DNA from: Enoplolaimus lenunculus
Taxonomy: Eukaryota
Assembly (NCBI GenBank): GCA_030248215.1
Contig: JASANG010001402.1
Location: forward strand, 310,001-374,000
DNA: 64,000 bases
Direction: 5' to 3'
Shown: piece by piece, positions 51,009 through 63,517 of the stretch
How the letters are laid out: the number at the start of each line of letters is the position of its first letter
Position numbering within the stretch: position 1 is the first letter of the stretch
Notes under the pieces: generated by a model
Database searches by the model: none
What the model was told of the DNA's origin: nothing
The model's input: the letters and a program-made list of their open reading frames with translations, nothing else
Position numbers and translations under genes: made by a program

Positions 51009-51275
51009 CCCTTTCACTCATAGAGTATAATATACTATAAGCAACTAACTACAATAATGTACGAGCAATACACACACTGTGAGCAGTGTTTAACATTTAT
51101 AACATATATGAGCAGTGTTAAATCTCCACAAGACGTGACAGTCCCCTCGGGCTCGAGCGTCAAGCTCTTGTAGCTCAGTGCTCATCGTAAACGTCTCCCA
51201 CCCGTGAGACCGGGGTTCGAATCTTATCTTGAAATTACAACTCATATGAAATTGAAAATATTCATGGGGAAAGGG
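51009..51275 (+). mobile_element. piggyBac-like MITE containing a tRNA-like segment
   Basis: CCCTTTC ... GAAAGGG-ttaa; tagctcagtg ... ctcccacccgtgagaccggggttcgaatc at 51171-51223. Confidence 0.8.
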
Positions 51276-51702
51276 TTAATGCTAATCAAGTACACAAGAG
51301 CCGGCAACATTTGTCATTCAATGTACCATTCAAGATGTAGAAGTCACTAGTTTTACAACTCTCGCGTTTAATGTAAACATTTTGTTTACAAATCAATTAA
51401 CTTTTCATGATTGAGATACAATAAATCAATTAATTTTTCATGATTGAGACAGTCATATAAATTTGCATGAATTATTTTAACGGCGCTGACAAATGTTATA
51501 AAAACGAGTCATTAAATATTACATCTTCAACAAAATGGCCGATCAGGGGCAGAACGTTTTTCTGTGGCACTGGAATAAGAGTAAAGTTTAAGCTTTTTAG
51601 ACTTATTTTTTATTTAGGTTTAGGCTTAGGTATAACGTCATTTTTACGCGTACTGCATTAGACTAACGTTTAGGCTTAGGAAAATGCATATATATACTAC
51701 TG

Positions 51703-51949
51703 CACTCAAAATAATATTTCTGACATTTAAGAAAAAAATTTCTTACATTTAAGAAATATAATTAGCAAGGTGCACTTGAAAAGTATTTCTGTTATAACAG
51801 AAAAGTTTTTTAAAAAGCTCTCAAATAAAGTCTGAAAATAAAACGTTTTCCAGTTATTTTTAGAAAAATTGTCTTAAATATCAGAAAAACATTTCAGATT
51901 TGCCACAGAAAGTACTTTTCTGAAAAAATTTTGAAATAATTTTTGTGTG
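51703..51949. mobile_element. CAC...GTG MITE nested in a TTAGGC MITE, 2-bp TG TSD
   Basis: Host sequence tactac-TG-[element]-TG-ttccgc. Confidence 0.8.
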
Positions 51950-52108
51950 TGTTCCGCTCGTGTTTTATACATTGGGCAACGTAATTAATTATTTTGTTCA
52001 CTGGAAAAACATGTTCGTCGACGATATATTGTTACTTTATCCTTACAGGAAACGTTGCCACATATCAGCTGTAATAAAATAGCCTAAAAGACATTTGCCT
52101 GTTTAAAA

Positions 52109-52273
52109 CACGCCCGTAGCCAGCTCACCTTGCTATGGAAGGTAAAATTTTTTCAACGTGAGGCATACAAGGATTTTGAATGACTTACAAGCAAGGTAGA
52201 AAATTTTCTAAGGGGAGGCGAAAAATGTTTCAGGAGAGACTGAGCCACCCTGCCCGCCTTGGCTACGGACCCG
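52109..52273. mobile_element. hAT-like MITE (CAGGCCCGTAGCC-type)
   Basis: cacgcccgtagcca ... tggctacggacccg; TSD gtttaaaa/gtttagaa. Confidence 0.75.
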
Positions 52274-54134
52274 GTTTAGAATTAAACGAGTTTATGCTTT
52301 AGGGTTCGCAAAATAATAAATAGTGTGTGTGGCGGTTGGAATGTAAACATACCCAAGTAGGTAGGTGTGTAGGGTGGGTGCCGAGAAATTATAGTATCGG
52401 TGCAAGCCAATCCCGAAAACGCAGCCAAAAATGCTGGTTTTAGCCTATAGAATATGCAAATCGTTTTCAATCATGTAATAGCGTCAGTACCAATCAAATA
52501 TCACTTGGTAAAAGTGGCGTCACTTTGCCTAAAAATTGATATGCTCTTCAATGACGCAATGAACGTCCGTTGCGGTACATTGACGGACGGCGCCGGAAGC
52601 AGAACGGTGTCGGCAGTCATCAAAAGTACAGTGTCACCCTTAGAGGGTCGCAGCTGCTTGCCTTACATGAAGTACCTCAGCTTATGTATCAGTTCAGCAC
52701 CAACGACTCTTGTGCCGATCTGTGCTAAATTTGACGCCGTTGCCTAGGGTTACCATAACAAGATAAATCTCTACCAAGTGTGGTCAGTTCGCATTGTGTA
52801 TATTAAGCGCGAGTTTACTTGAATTTGTGTTGCTAAGCTTTGAAATATATAAATATTTTAAAATTCAACGACATCCATAAAACAAGGTATAATAGGCGAC
52901 CTATTTTCTGGTTTACTATATACATTTGTTGTGTAGATAGAAACTTAAGCGATTAAAAGTTTGATGAAGAGCAGGATATAAACGGATAGTAAAAATAGCG
53001 GAACCGGAAACCGAATATTGGAGCCTAAAAGTTTCAAAGGTGTCTTATGTTTCTGCCCACATGGCGTGCAAATATTCACCCGGCTAAGCTGCTAAATTTT
53101 TAAACCAATGTCGGATGTACCAAAATCTTGTATATTTTGGACAAATTTCGTTATTTTTATTTCATTTCAAACTATTGCAACATATTTGTAATCAAAAAAT
53201 GCAAGATATGTATACGTGTTTTATAAAGTAATTTTCAGAGTACAAATAACAGAATTTCCGTTATTTCTATAACGGAAGCGGAAACGGATATCCTGGTTAC
53301 ACCCTTGATTGGTTTAGAGTTAGACGTTCGATTCACGTTAAAATTGCGGGTCGCTGCAAACCTTGGGCATACTCTCGATTAGCTTTTCCCTACTTTGATA
53401 ATTGGATAAATGCAAAACGTTCCCTAAAATAATATTTGCTAAGTTGTGCGGTATTGGCACTTCTCATTCCAATCAGAGGCTGTTGCCGCCTCGTTAACCC
53501 CCCGCCCCCGCAATTTTAGGGATCCCTACGCAGGATGGTAGAATGACGCCCCAACTCCTCGGCACTATTACGGTTCTCATACCGGAGCCCAAAAACACAG
53601 TAAGTATAGGCAAAGGTAACCTAAATAGAAATTTCAGTTTACTAATCATGAGCTTCTAGAGGTTAGTGGGTTGAACAACGACAGGACTGATCCTGCTTAG
53701 GATGTTGTGTGGGATTGCGAGTGGGACGGTTCCGGAAACGCCAGTGCTGATTGCAAATTAAAAACTGTACATACCATATTACTAAATACGGGGGGAACTT
53801 TTTATGCAGGAACTAAGTCTTCTCTGAAACGGAACTTGGGGGGTTGACGTTAAGAAATATATAAACCAAAAATTTTGATTACAAATATGAACCAATGGCC
53901 TTTTTATACGATGATGCAAATAGCTTTATAACTCACATGCTTGATGAATGATGGAAATATAATTTAAAATTAATTCTAATGTCTATATTTCGGTTCGTTC
54001 TACACGTAGAAAACTGTGCCAGTGTAAAAGTTTGACAAATGTGTTCAAGTTTCGTGTTCACTGTCAATGATTTAAATGTTTCTCGATTTATGTCACCAAG
54101 GTCTGGACCACGTTGGTTGCCGAGAGAGAGTGTA

Positions 54135-54345
54135 CGCTGCAAAAAATGAAGAGTCACATTGACTCTCTCGGAAATAGGCTTTTCTTGACTACACAAACTG
54201 AGTCAAAATTCGACTCCATCAGAGTCAAATTCGATTCACTATGTCGCACGTTTGAGCTCTGGCGGAGTCCAATTTGACTCAGTTTGCGTAGTCAGGAAAG
54301 GCCGATTTCGGAGAGTGTCAATTTGACTCCCCATTTTTTACAGTG
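54135..54345. mobile_element. Fold-back MITE
   Basis: TA-flanked; same family as 46905-47113. Confidence 0.8.
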
Positions 54346-54451
54346 TACAAGTTTCATATGGCTTAAGGTTATACTGTACTTTTTAAAACATTTTAATGTC
54401 TCAGGCGCCGTCTGTCGACGTTTGTCACCGCACGTCATTGTTCATCATCGG

Positions 54452-54766
54452 GGACCATGTAAAGATCAGGGGCGGAACGTTTTTCTGTGGGACTACAATA
54501 GAGTAAGCTTAAAGCTTTACATCAATTTTTTTGCTTGGCTTAGGCTTTAGGCTAAGGCTTAGGCTTAGGAATATGCTTATTCATACACTTAGGTTTATGC
54601 TTAGGCTTAGGCTTAGGAATATGCTTATTCATACATTTAGGTTTATGCTTAGGCTTAGGCTTAGGAATATGCTCATTCTCATAGGCTTAGGCTCAGGCTT
54701 AGGATTATGATTAGGCTTTAGGAATACGCTTATAATACTGTTCCGCCCCTGTTCTTTACACTGGCC
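54452..54766 (+). mobile_element. TTAGGC MITE (subtype A) with internal tandem duplication
   Basis: TSD atcatcgg/atcaccgg; the module aggaatatgcttattcataca-ttaggtttatgc occurs twice. Confidence 0.88.
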
Positions 54767-55253
54767 ATCACCGGTGACGGACGACGTCGCACGACAAAAC
54801 TGGCACCATCTTTTTGCAAACGGAGAAAACTTTCCTAGGTGGGCCAAAATATTTCTAGTGGTAGCTGAACCTGTTTGGTCCTCTACCTGGCTACGGACAG
54901 GTTAGATCAGGGGCGGAACGTTTTTCTGTGGGACTAGAAAAGAGTAAGCTTAAACCTTAGAGAATCTTTTTGCTTAACTTAGGCTTTAGGTTAACGATTA
55001 GGCTTAAGAATAAACTCATTCTTACGCTTAGGCTTAGGCTTAGACTTAGGCTTAGGCTTAGACTTAGGCTTAGGCTTGGTACTTGTTTTAAATGTAGTGG
55101 TCCTTCTGACTATTGTCGGTATGTGTACGCAAAGCAAAAACTCAAATCAATCAGGCTCTCCAAATCACTCGGGTCTCTCAAATCACTCAGGCCTCTCAAT
55201 TGAATTTATTGAGTTCAACTTACCTACTCGTAAATTTTTTGCCTGCGGCTCTA

Positions 55254-55701
55254 CTGTAGTGACCCGAATAAGCGGCCAAGGGGACTGATATTTAGTTGGC
55301 CTCTCCAGAAGGTACCTCACCTTGTTATTCGGTTACGGACTGTTATTTATTTTGAACCAGCCCTGCGCCACCCTTCCTTACTGATGTATATCCGGTATTA
55401 CAATTATTCGTTGAATTAAACTTCTTTAACTTGCATCAGAAGCTTGAGCGATAATGAAAGGTTATACTTAGGAATGCACTTTTAAATTTAAGTAAGCTTT
55501 AAAGTTTCAAACTCAAGTTATTTGGTCATGGAGGCATTTATGCCCTACAATTAGGGATAATTGACATTTATGGACTGTATTAGGGTTTAGGGACTCTATT
55601 CGCTTACGGACTCTATTAGAGATACGGACTCCTACTGATTGGCACCTAAAATGGGGATCTTTTCCCCTCTTATTACCCCCCTCTTATTCAGGTCAATACA
55701 G
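55254..55701. mobile_element. Tc1/mariner-pogo-like MITE
   Basis: TA-ctgtagtgacccgaataag ... cttattcaggtcaatacag-TA. Confidence 0.8.
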
Positions 55702-55748
55702 TATGTACATTACACCTAAATGTGACATTTGCAGCAATGACTCCTTAC

Positions 55749-56081
55749 CAGGGCACAACCGGATGTCTGCCTCCGGCTCCGGCTTCGCCAGAAAATGGAC
55801 CTAAGGCTCAGGTAGTTTTTTTCCGGAGATTCTGACAATTTAGTTTTGCAACATTTTATCTGTTTTGAGCGTTTCGTTTTAACTTTTGGCACAATTTTGA
55901 GGAAGAGTTGCCAGGATTTCCTTAAAAATAAGCGTAAAACTAAACGATTTAACATGAACATCATTTTAACTGCCAATGTTGCGTCACCTCCGGCTGCACT
56001 CCCAACTCCGGCTCCAGCAAGTTTTGTTGACCTCCGGCGCCGGGAACGGCTCCGGGATTTTTCACCTCCGATTGCACCCTG
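55749..56081. mobile_element. hAT-like MITE with CTCCGG repeats
   Basis: cagggcacaaccgga ... tccgattgcaccctg; flanks ctccttac/cttcttgc. Confidence 0.7.
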
Positions 56082-56818
56082 CTTCTTGCTCATTCCAATA
56101 CTGTGGCACAACTCGTTGCTATCGCAAACAAACAACACTTGAACCTAAACAAACTTCATGTTGAATTTAGCTATGAAAGATTTACGTTTTAAAATCTTCG
56201 TTGGTCAATGCGAAACTTTCTCATTTTCTACTCCGATTAATTACATTATTATTCCCTTTATTATAGTCAAAAATATTTATATATGCTCCGGTGAAAGATT
56301 TCACTATGTGTTTCGAAAAGACAATCGAACACAGATAAATCGTCTGAAGCACTTTATTTTACCACAGCCTAGAATACAACTGCAATCAACGTAGTTTCAT
56401 CTTTTGATTCAATCTGAACATTGACCGTAATGATAACAGTAGGATAAACAGTTCACATTGCAGCTAAAAGTTTTAGAATCGAAATCTAAATATGATTAAA
56501 AATATTAAATTAATGATGTCACAATGTTTTTAGTTTTTTTTCCGTGATAAGCAATTACTGGCCGGCCGGCCGGTTCATGGCCGATGCACAACCCTAACCG
56601 ACTCCAACTTTTGTGGAAAAATTAGAAATAACCTGCTACAGTTCAGTGTATATATTCATTTCGAGTTGATTTGTATATTTGTGTATTAGTTCATATACTA
56701 AACGTTTTTACTACGTATTTATTTCAAAACTAAAAGCGATTGTTCGTAAAACATATTTAGCGGCTTCAGTTCTAAACAGCCAAAAAAAATTTTGGTCCTA
56801 TGCCAACTGCATGCACCC

Positions 56819-56909
56819 ATGATTTATATTGCAATTTGGTTCGCAATCGTTGGGCAAGCGCGTATTGGACAAACCGGACCAGTGAATACTGTGAGAAGTG
56901 GCGAAAATG
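56819..56909 (+). CDS. Single-pass membrane protein, exon 1 (signal peptide)
   Basis: MIYIAIWFAIVGQARIGQTGPVNTVRSGEN then G|gtattt, phase 1. Confidence 0.6.
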
Positions 56910-56977
56910 GTATTTCAAATTTTAATTTTTATTATTTTAAATTGTTAATAAGACGTCAAGTCGTATTCTTGAAGAGG

Positions 56978-57174
56978 GGCCCATGTTACTTTAAGAGGCG
57001 TCCAGGTTTCTGGTGAGTATATAAAAGAGTAAGTTTAGATTCTAGATTACATTTTTTGCTTAGGCGTAGGCTTAGTCTTAGGCTTAGGAACACATTTTTT
57101 GCAACGCTTAGGCTTAGGCTTAGGCTTAGGAATACGCTTGATCTACTGTTACGCCCCTAAAAGTAACATTGGCC
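56978..57174 (+). mobile_element. TTAGGC-carrying MITE, subtype C (intronic)
   Basis: Both TIRs present; tgaagag duplicated in the flanks. Confidence 0.85.
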
Positions 57175-57898
57175 ATGAAGAGCGTGCAGAAGTTGTCGCC
57201 AGTTAGCAACAGGTTTTCAATTCAATCAAACGCCTCAGTTGTTCTACACATCGCACCATACCTACACACAAAATAAATTGTCTTTAAATTTCAAGACATT
57301 TACTTTCTTAAATTTTCAAGAAATTAATTTTCTTGTATTTCAGACATTAGCAGCCTTAAACAGCTCAGAAATTTGCGTCTGAAATGATTGATTAAAACAT
57401 AAATGTCTTATATTCAAGAAATTAATACTGTTGCCAATTTATAAGATGCAAATTTCTTTCTTTCAAGAAGTAGTTGTCTTATCTTATTTTTATATGCGTA
57501 AAAAAGTTACTCTGTTTATATTGTTAAGCGTTTATATAAATAATCAAATTTCAAACATCTTTTTGGTTGAGCTCAGGCTTCCCCAACCTAAGTTTACGTC
57601 TTGGACGTATATATCTTAGCTTGTAATATTAGGGTATTTGGTTGAGCTTTAGCCTCCAATTCTCGCGTCGTTTTCCTTGAAAACATTTGTCTTGTATTTT
57701 CTTTATAGACACTTGAATTGTTACCGGAAAATATTATGAATCAAACAACAGATTTAAAATATAAAAAAATGAAATTTATTAAAGTCCCGCTTTCGCCCCG
57801 ATATAAAATCCGAGTACCGAAAGTAAGTGGCATGAAGTGAGCTTTCTCGATTATTCAGTTTATAAACTTCTACGTTTTTCGGCGGAAATTTTTCTTAG

Positions 57899-57985
57899 GT
57901 CTCGAACGACACAAAAGGCAAAATGATGCCGGCGCAACTAATGACCGTCAGATGCAAACAACATCTACTGGAACAAACCCTATAG
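57899..57985 (+). CDS. Single-pass membrane protein, exon 2 (RHKR convertase-type site)
   Basis: tttcttag acceptor; LERHKRQNDAGATNDRQMQTTSTGTNPI; G|gtaaag donor; phase 1-1. Confidence 0.7.
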   Translation, partial: VSNDTKGKMMPAQLMTVRCKQHLLEQTL

Positions 57986-58091
57986 GTAAAGTGTGGACTG
58001 AATTTGATATTCTATTTATAGTCAAACTGCTATACACTTATAAACAATACTAGTCTGTCAGCTTTGCGCAATGCGCAAAGTTTAGTGAAAG

Positions 58092-58232
58092 CACCAAAAA
58101 TTTCATGCAAATTTTCTGTTCATGGAACCAAAATCACGTGTATTTCCTAAGAAATTTTGGTAAACCAAAAATTTCATGCAAATCTTCTGTTCATGAAACC
58201 AAAATCACGTGTATTTCCAAAGAAAATTTTGG
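58092..58232. repeat. Tandem duplication of about 70 bp
   Basis: accaaaaatttcatgcaaat...gaaaccaaaatcacgtgtatttcc...ttttggtaaac occurs twice. Confidence 0.8.
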
Positions 58233-58481
58233 TAAACAGAGTATAATGCTGGAAATTTGCCCAAAATACGTAGGTGTGGGACGTTCCAGCTTTAATATAT
58301 AGATTTACGTCAAAAATGTTTTGGTTTTAATACTAATAATAACTTAACGTAAAAGAATTAAATACAAAACAGGTATCTTGTACAATTCCGTCATAGTTTT
58401 CGAAATTTTTCGATTTTGGCATACTTTAGATTTAAGCGTTCAGAGGCCAATAATTTCGATTCGCATTTTAATTATTTTCAG

Positions 58482-58572
58482 GCGACCAACAGTATCGCAA
58501 CAACGTTATCATTGCTGTGATCGTTATTACTGCAGTTGTTGCACTGTTCACTGTTATTGGAGTGCTGTATTG
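58482..58572 (+). CDS. Single-pass membrane protein, exon 3 (TM helix)
   Basis: ttttcag acceptor; DQQYRNNVIIAVIVITAVVALFTVIGVLY; TG|gtaaca donor. Confidence 0.8.
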
Positions 58573-58751
58573 GTAACAATTTGGGACAATGTATCGAACA
58601 CGGCTGTAACAGTAGTAAAAGCATATTCCTACGCCTAAGTCGATGTCAGAGGAAATTTAATTGTCTAAAGCTTAAACTTAAGTACTCCAATGCAGTCGTG
58701 TAGAAAACCGTCCCGCAACTGATGTTTACATAGGCCAGAATTTGCAAAAAC

Positions 58752-58977
58752 GGCCCATGTAAAGATCAGAGGCGGAACGTTCTTTCTGTGGGACTGCAAT
58801 AGAGCAAGTTTATGCTTTAGACTAATTTTTTGTTTGGCTTAAGCTTGGACTGAGGCTTAGGCTTAGGAATAAACTCATTCTCATGCTTAGGCTTAGGCTT
58901 AACTTTAGGCTTAGGCTTAAGTTTAGGCTTAGGAATATGCTTATAATACTGTTCCGCCCCTGTTCTTTACATTGGCC
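58752..58977 (+). mobile_element. TTAGGC-carrying MITE, subtype A (intronic)
   Basis: TSD gcaaaaac/gcaaaagc. Confidence 0.88.
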
Positions 58978-60136
58978 GCAAAAGCAACAATATAATATTT
59001 AGCTGAGTTTGTAACATGATGGTAAGAATTATAAATATAACTATTTGCCCTACGACGTAAGCAAACGATTGCATACTAGAGACAGTTTTTGATGCCTACT
59101 CTATTCACAAATAAAGATTTACTGAAAATAAAAGAAATGCCGCATTTTTGCTAACAGTACAAAAATTATTGCTAACGAAAGGCATTTTCTGTTTGGCTTT
59201 CCAGTTTGTTTTGGTGGAACAAATGCGCCTATTTTGCCATATCTCCAAACCCAAGTAAATCATAAATACGCTGTTCCGTATGCGTCTCCATATGATAAAC
59301 CAAGACTTGCATACTTCGTCCACATATAACTGCTTTCCGTGAATCCACCGACAATTCGTCGCCTGACAACTATCGCCCGACAGTGTCGTAAAACGTATTA
59401 ATAAATCTGATCACAATCATAAGCGCACTTCTAAACCTAAGTCTAAGCATAGGGATGGTCCACGAATTGTCGAGTCGATGAAATTTCGGATTAAAAATTG
59501 TCGGACGACGAGTTGTCGAGCGATGAAGTGTGATAACGTTTTACGCATGCAGTCTCATATACACAGTTTAGAAGTCGAAATACTACATAATGCACGGTAT
59601 GTAAGTGTTATACCGCGTTTGCGTAGTACAAACTCTCCACAAGACGTGAGGCTGAGAACATTCTCAGGCTCGAGCATCAAGCTCCTATAGCTCAACTGTG
59701 ATGATAAATTCTTCCCACTCCAGCGATCCGTGCTCGATTCCAAAGTTGACAAATATTTCAGTCAAAATTGTCCAAATTCATACCGTAAAGTGTCAAGATC
59801 AATACTACGGATTTGAGTAGATATTTATCTACTAATATGGTTCCAGCTTATAAGCTTAGACCAAGCTTAGGGTTAAGTTTAACCTTGAGGTTAAGCGCAA
59901 ACGTGGAGAAAGCATAACAAGAACCATAACATTTTCGGCCCGTTTAAAGATCAGGGGCGGAACGTTTTTGTGTGGGACTGCAATTAAGCTTACGCTTTAG
60001 ATAAAGTTTTTGCTCGGTTTAGGCTTAGGCTTAGGATTAGGAATGTGCTTATAATACTGTTCCGCCTCTGTTCTTTGCATGAGCCAGTTTTTCGAACAAA
60101 GTTGCGCAAATAAACTAATGCAATTGTCGGTTTCAG

Positions 60137-60212
60137 CTTACTCATAAAGCAACGCAAAACAGCAGAAAACCACCACCAAAAAGCTACCAGCGAGGCTAAG
60201 ATTGATAAAAAG
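60137..60212 (+). CDS. Single-pass membrane protein, exon 4 (basic juxtamembrane segment)
   Basis: gtttcag acceptor; (C)LLIKQRKTAENHHQKATSEAKIDKK; AAG|gtaaaa donor; phase 2-0. Confidence 0.78.
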
Positions 60213-60608
60213 GTAAAACAAACAAAATGATAATAATGTTTACAATAAATCAAAAATTGCTAGTTTCGAGTACCGTGGCGGTGCGACCAGAACGTATTCT
60301 CGAAAATTGTTCTTTATACCAAATCATATAATTTACATGGCATAAATTGAACGAAACTTTAAAACAACCTCACGCAAAAATGCTTTTAAGCTAAAGATAT
60401 TAATAAATTGTCGAATTAAACAAATTTCTATGTCGGAGACTGGGGGTAAAGTTTTGACTTGTGGGCAGAGGAGTACACAAAACGTGACACAGTTGCAGTG
60501 TGTAACATCAAGAAATTAAGCGTTAAAGTAACAAATTACTTAAAAATCACACGTTTCATCTTACATATTTACCAATTTAATCAGAAGCTACAATTTCTTC
60601 CATTTCAG

Positions 60609-62841
60609 CTCACCGCTCTGTCTGCCAAGCAGCCGTCCGCTGGCCAAGAGGCACCGAAACCCAAGCGCGACTCTGGTCTCAGTCGGTCAGCAACATTGCC
60701 GCAAGCATCGCGACGCGACGTTAAACAAGCTGCAAGCGGCAAGCGCTATTCAGAGCAGCAAGTTGATCAACAATCGGAAACCGACTCGAGTCCAAGCTCA
60801 AAGTCAACCCGAACCGGTCGACTTTCATCGGCAACAAGCAGCGCAGAGATCTCCCAGGTATCAAAGACAAGTCAAGAGGAGCTGAAAGCTGCTTCTAAAA
60901 GAGGTAAAGGTGTCGTACAAGCTGTCGAAACGGCTGTGGAAGCCGTGAAATCTACTGAAAAAGCGATGGATGGCGAAACAGCTGCGATGATGAAAGAAAC
61001 AGACCAACTCGGCAAACTAACGGGCTCAAATCGATCGCTAGTGTCGACAAAATCTGGCGAAAGCGGTACCGCAACAACTACACTTAGCACAACCGGAACC
61101 GGATCTGGGACCGGAAGCGAAATGGGACCAGAAGCCGGATGGGTGGTGAAACAAAACACAAGCGATACGTCGACTACTACGCCCGATTTAGGATCGCCAA
61201 ATTTGTACAAAAATATGGTCGATCAAGGATCGGTGCCGGTGGTTAAAGTTGAAGTTATACCAGGAATGGGTTTTGTTACTACTTCGGACGCCTCAGAGCT
61301 TACAACAACAGGACAGCGATCTATAAGTTCAAACTGGCCCGGTAAAATTTCTGAGACCGAAAAAAATGAGGCTACAATAGTAGCAGAAGCGAAAAGTTTC
61401 GCTGACAAACAAGTTGAACCAATTGAAAATAAACAAGTGACCTTTGATGAAGATCAACCAATCAGAACAGAGAAGAATATCTTACCAACTAAAGCGCCAG
61501 CCGAAAAGCAGGTTGAGTTGCCAGCGAACAAAGGAAACCAGCGAATCACGAAGCAAGCGCTAAAAAACGACAAACAACAGTTAATTAAAATGCCAGGAAC
61601 GGCCTCTGTAGCCGAATCGGTAAAACTTCCCGATACTCGCCAGCCAATGAAAACATTCGAAGAATACGTAGCGACCCCTGCGACAAGTATTCAGCCAATA
61701 AGCGATGGTTTCGGTGTACTGTCAGATCCTGCAGAAACTGACTTACCAGCGCCAGGATGGGATGCAATGTTTGGAAGTACCGCACGACGAAATGTGGTCC
61801 GTAAACCAGAGTCAGGAAGAAATGTTCAAACCGGAGACAACGAAAATATGCTAATTGAACTTAGCGAAGGGACCAAGAAAGCAAAAGCAGAAAGCAAACA
61901 CTGGAAGGAAAAACAAAGACAACCGGCAGGAACCGACAACGAAACAACGGAAACGGAAGAAACAAGCAATAGAACAGCAACGCGACTCGCCCCAGCTTCA
62001 TCGACCGAGTTGGTCTCTACTAGGGAGCAGTCACGTTTCAATGGTGGCGGTTACATCAAAGACGAACATCAGACGTTAGCCGCCGACAATATATCAGACG
62101 CTGAACGAAATAAAGCAAAGCGAACTCGTACATTTTTAATCCGCAACGCGGAAGAAACAACAAAACAAGCGATGAGAAGTCGCATTCCTCATCAAACGTC
62201 AAACCAACACCGTCAAATCAACACAAGAAAAGCTGAAGGTAGTCGAATAAGTGAAGGAAGTATGAACTCTCAAAGAAAACTGCAAATAACTGATGATGAT
62301 TCGTTTGTTACAATTGTGGCAACGCCGACTAAATTTAGCGACGGTACACAACGACAAAGAGGAACGGCGGCAACTACAAAGGAACGCGGCAATGGACAAG
62401 AATACCAAAAACAGGCTAAGCAAATAAAGCAACACCTGTCGAAATCCACGTCACGGAAAATCGATTCTCGGCCGCAAAATACTTTGAAGGCAACCCATCA
62501 AATAGACAACAGTAAAATTACAGCAAAACCAATACAAGCTATGAGAACAATTCAAAGCCGAGGCAAAAAGCAGGAAAATTTTGCATCAAACGGCAGTTTT
62601 ATACCTCGAAGTGTGCAGAAATCAAAACCAAAGCCGCCACAAAGTTCAGCCCAAAATTCCAAAAACAAACAAGATGCCCGCAGGTCGGCTGGACTCAGTT
62701 CATGGGGCTTAAAGACGTCAGATGCGTCTCTTCAGCTGACTACAGACTATCGCCAGATCAGAGAATACATGCCAACGAATTCAATACAACGCGGCGAGAA
62801 ATCAGCACCAAGTCGATTGCCAACCCCAACTAGAAATACCG
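60609..62841 (+). CDS. Single-pass membrane protein, exon 5 (2.2 kb, low-complexity S/T/K/E/Q tail)
   Basis: catttcag acceptor at 60608 inside the 797-aa ORF; G|gtgagt donor at 62841/62842; no recognisable domain. Confidence 0.85.
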
Positions 62842-63517
62842 GTGAGTTATAACAGCAAGGACCATTGAATCAATAAATTTTATGGCTCTTGTACACTGCC
62901 TCTCCAAAGCTTTATCCTAAGTGTTAGCTTGAGCCCAAAAGCCTAAGCTAGAACGCAATCATAAGCCAAAGGTTTGGCTTCCCCCAAACCAGGAAAACTT
63001 CGCCCATTCACATATTAAGATCTTCCTTAACTGGGTTCTCAGGGGGGCTGCCACCCTTCTTCACCCACAGTAAAAGTTCAGGGGGACTATAAGCAAGATA
63101 GCGAAGATCGACCCTCAACCAATCACAACATTAAGTAGTTTATTTTTGGATCACAAAATTTCTCGCGAATAATACTTTTAGACTGTGTTTTCACTATCGG
63201 CTTCCGTTTCGGTTATTTTTACTATCCGTTTACACCCTGATTAAAAAACTCGTTTATTTTGATATTTAAATATGAAATTTTCTGGAAATTTGAAAAAATT
63301 ATATGCATCGAATTTATATTTTCTCAACACATATACGATTTAGGCAGAGATCATACTAAACTTTTGTTTTACTTCTCCGACAAACTAATAATCCTAAGCC
63401 TAAAATAGCGCATAAATCTCTAGCATAAGTAAGTATCAGTCGAAGTTTTGCTGCGATTTGAAAACAACTTCAAAAACTGAACAAAGTGCAACGTGCAATT
63501 CTTGTAAATTATTTTAG

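Noticed and set aside
51164..51230. Functional tRNA gene
   Set aside because: A and B boxes are present, but the 3' side cannot form an acceptor stem and the copies are diverged inside a MITE.
52454..52747. GC-richer 97-aa ORF
   Set aside because: No recognisable motif and no convincing splice partners.
60459..60608. First 50 codons of the 797-aa ORF
   Set aside because: TTG start and intron-like composition; a phase-matched acceptor lies at 60608.
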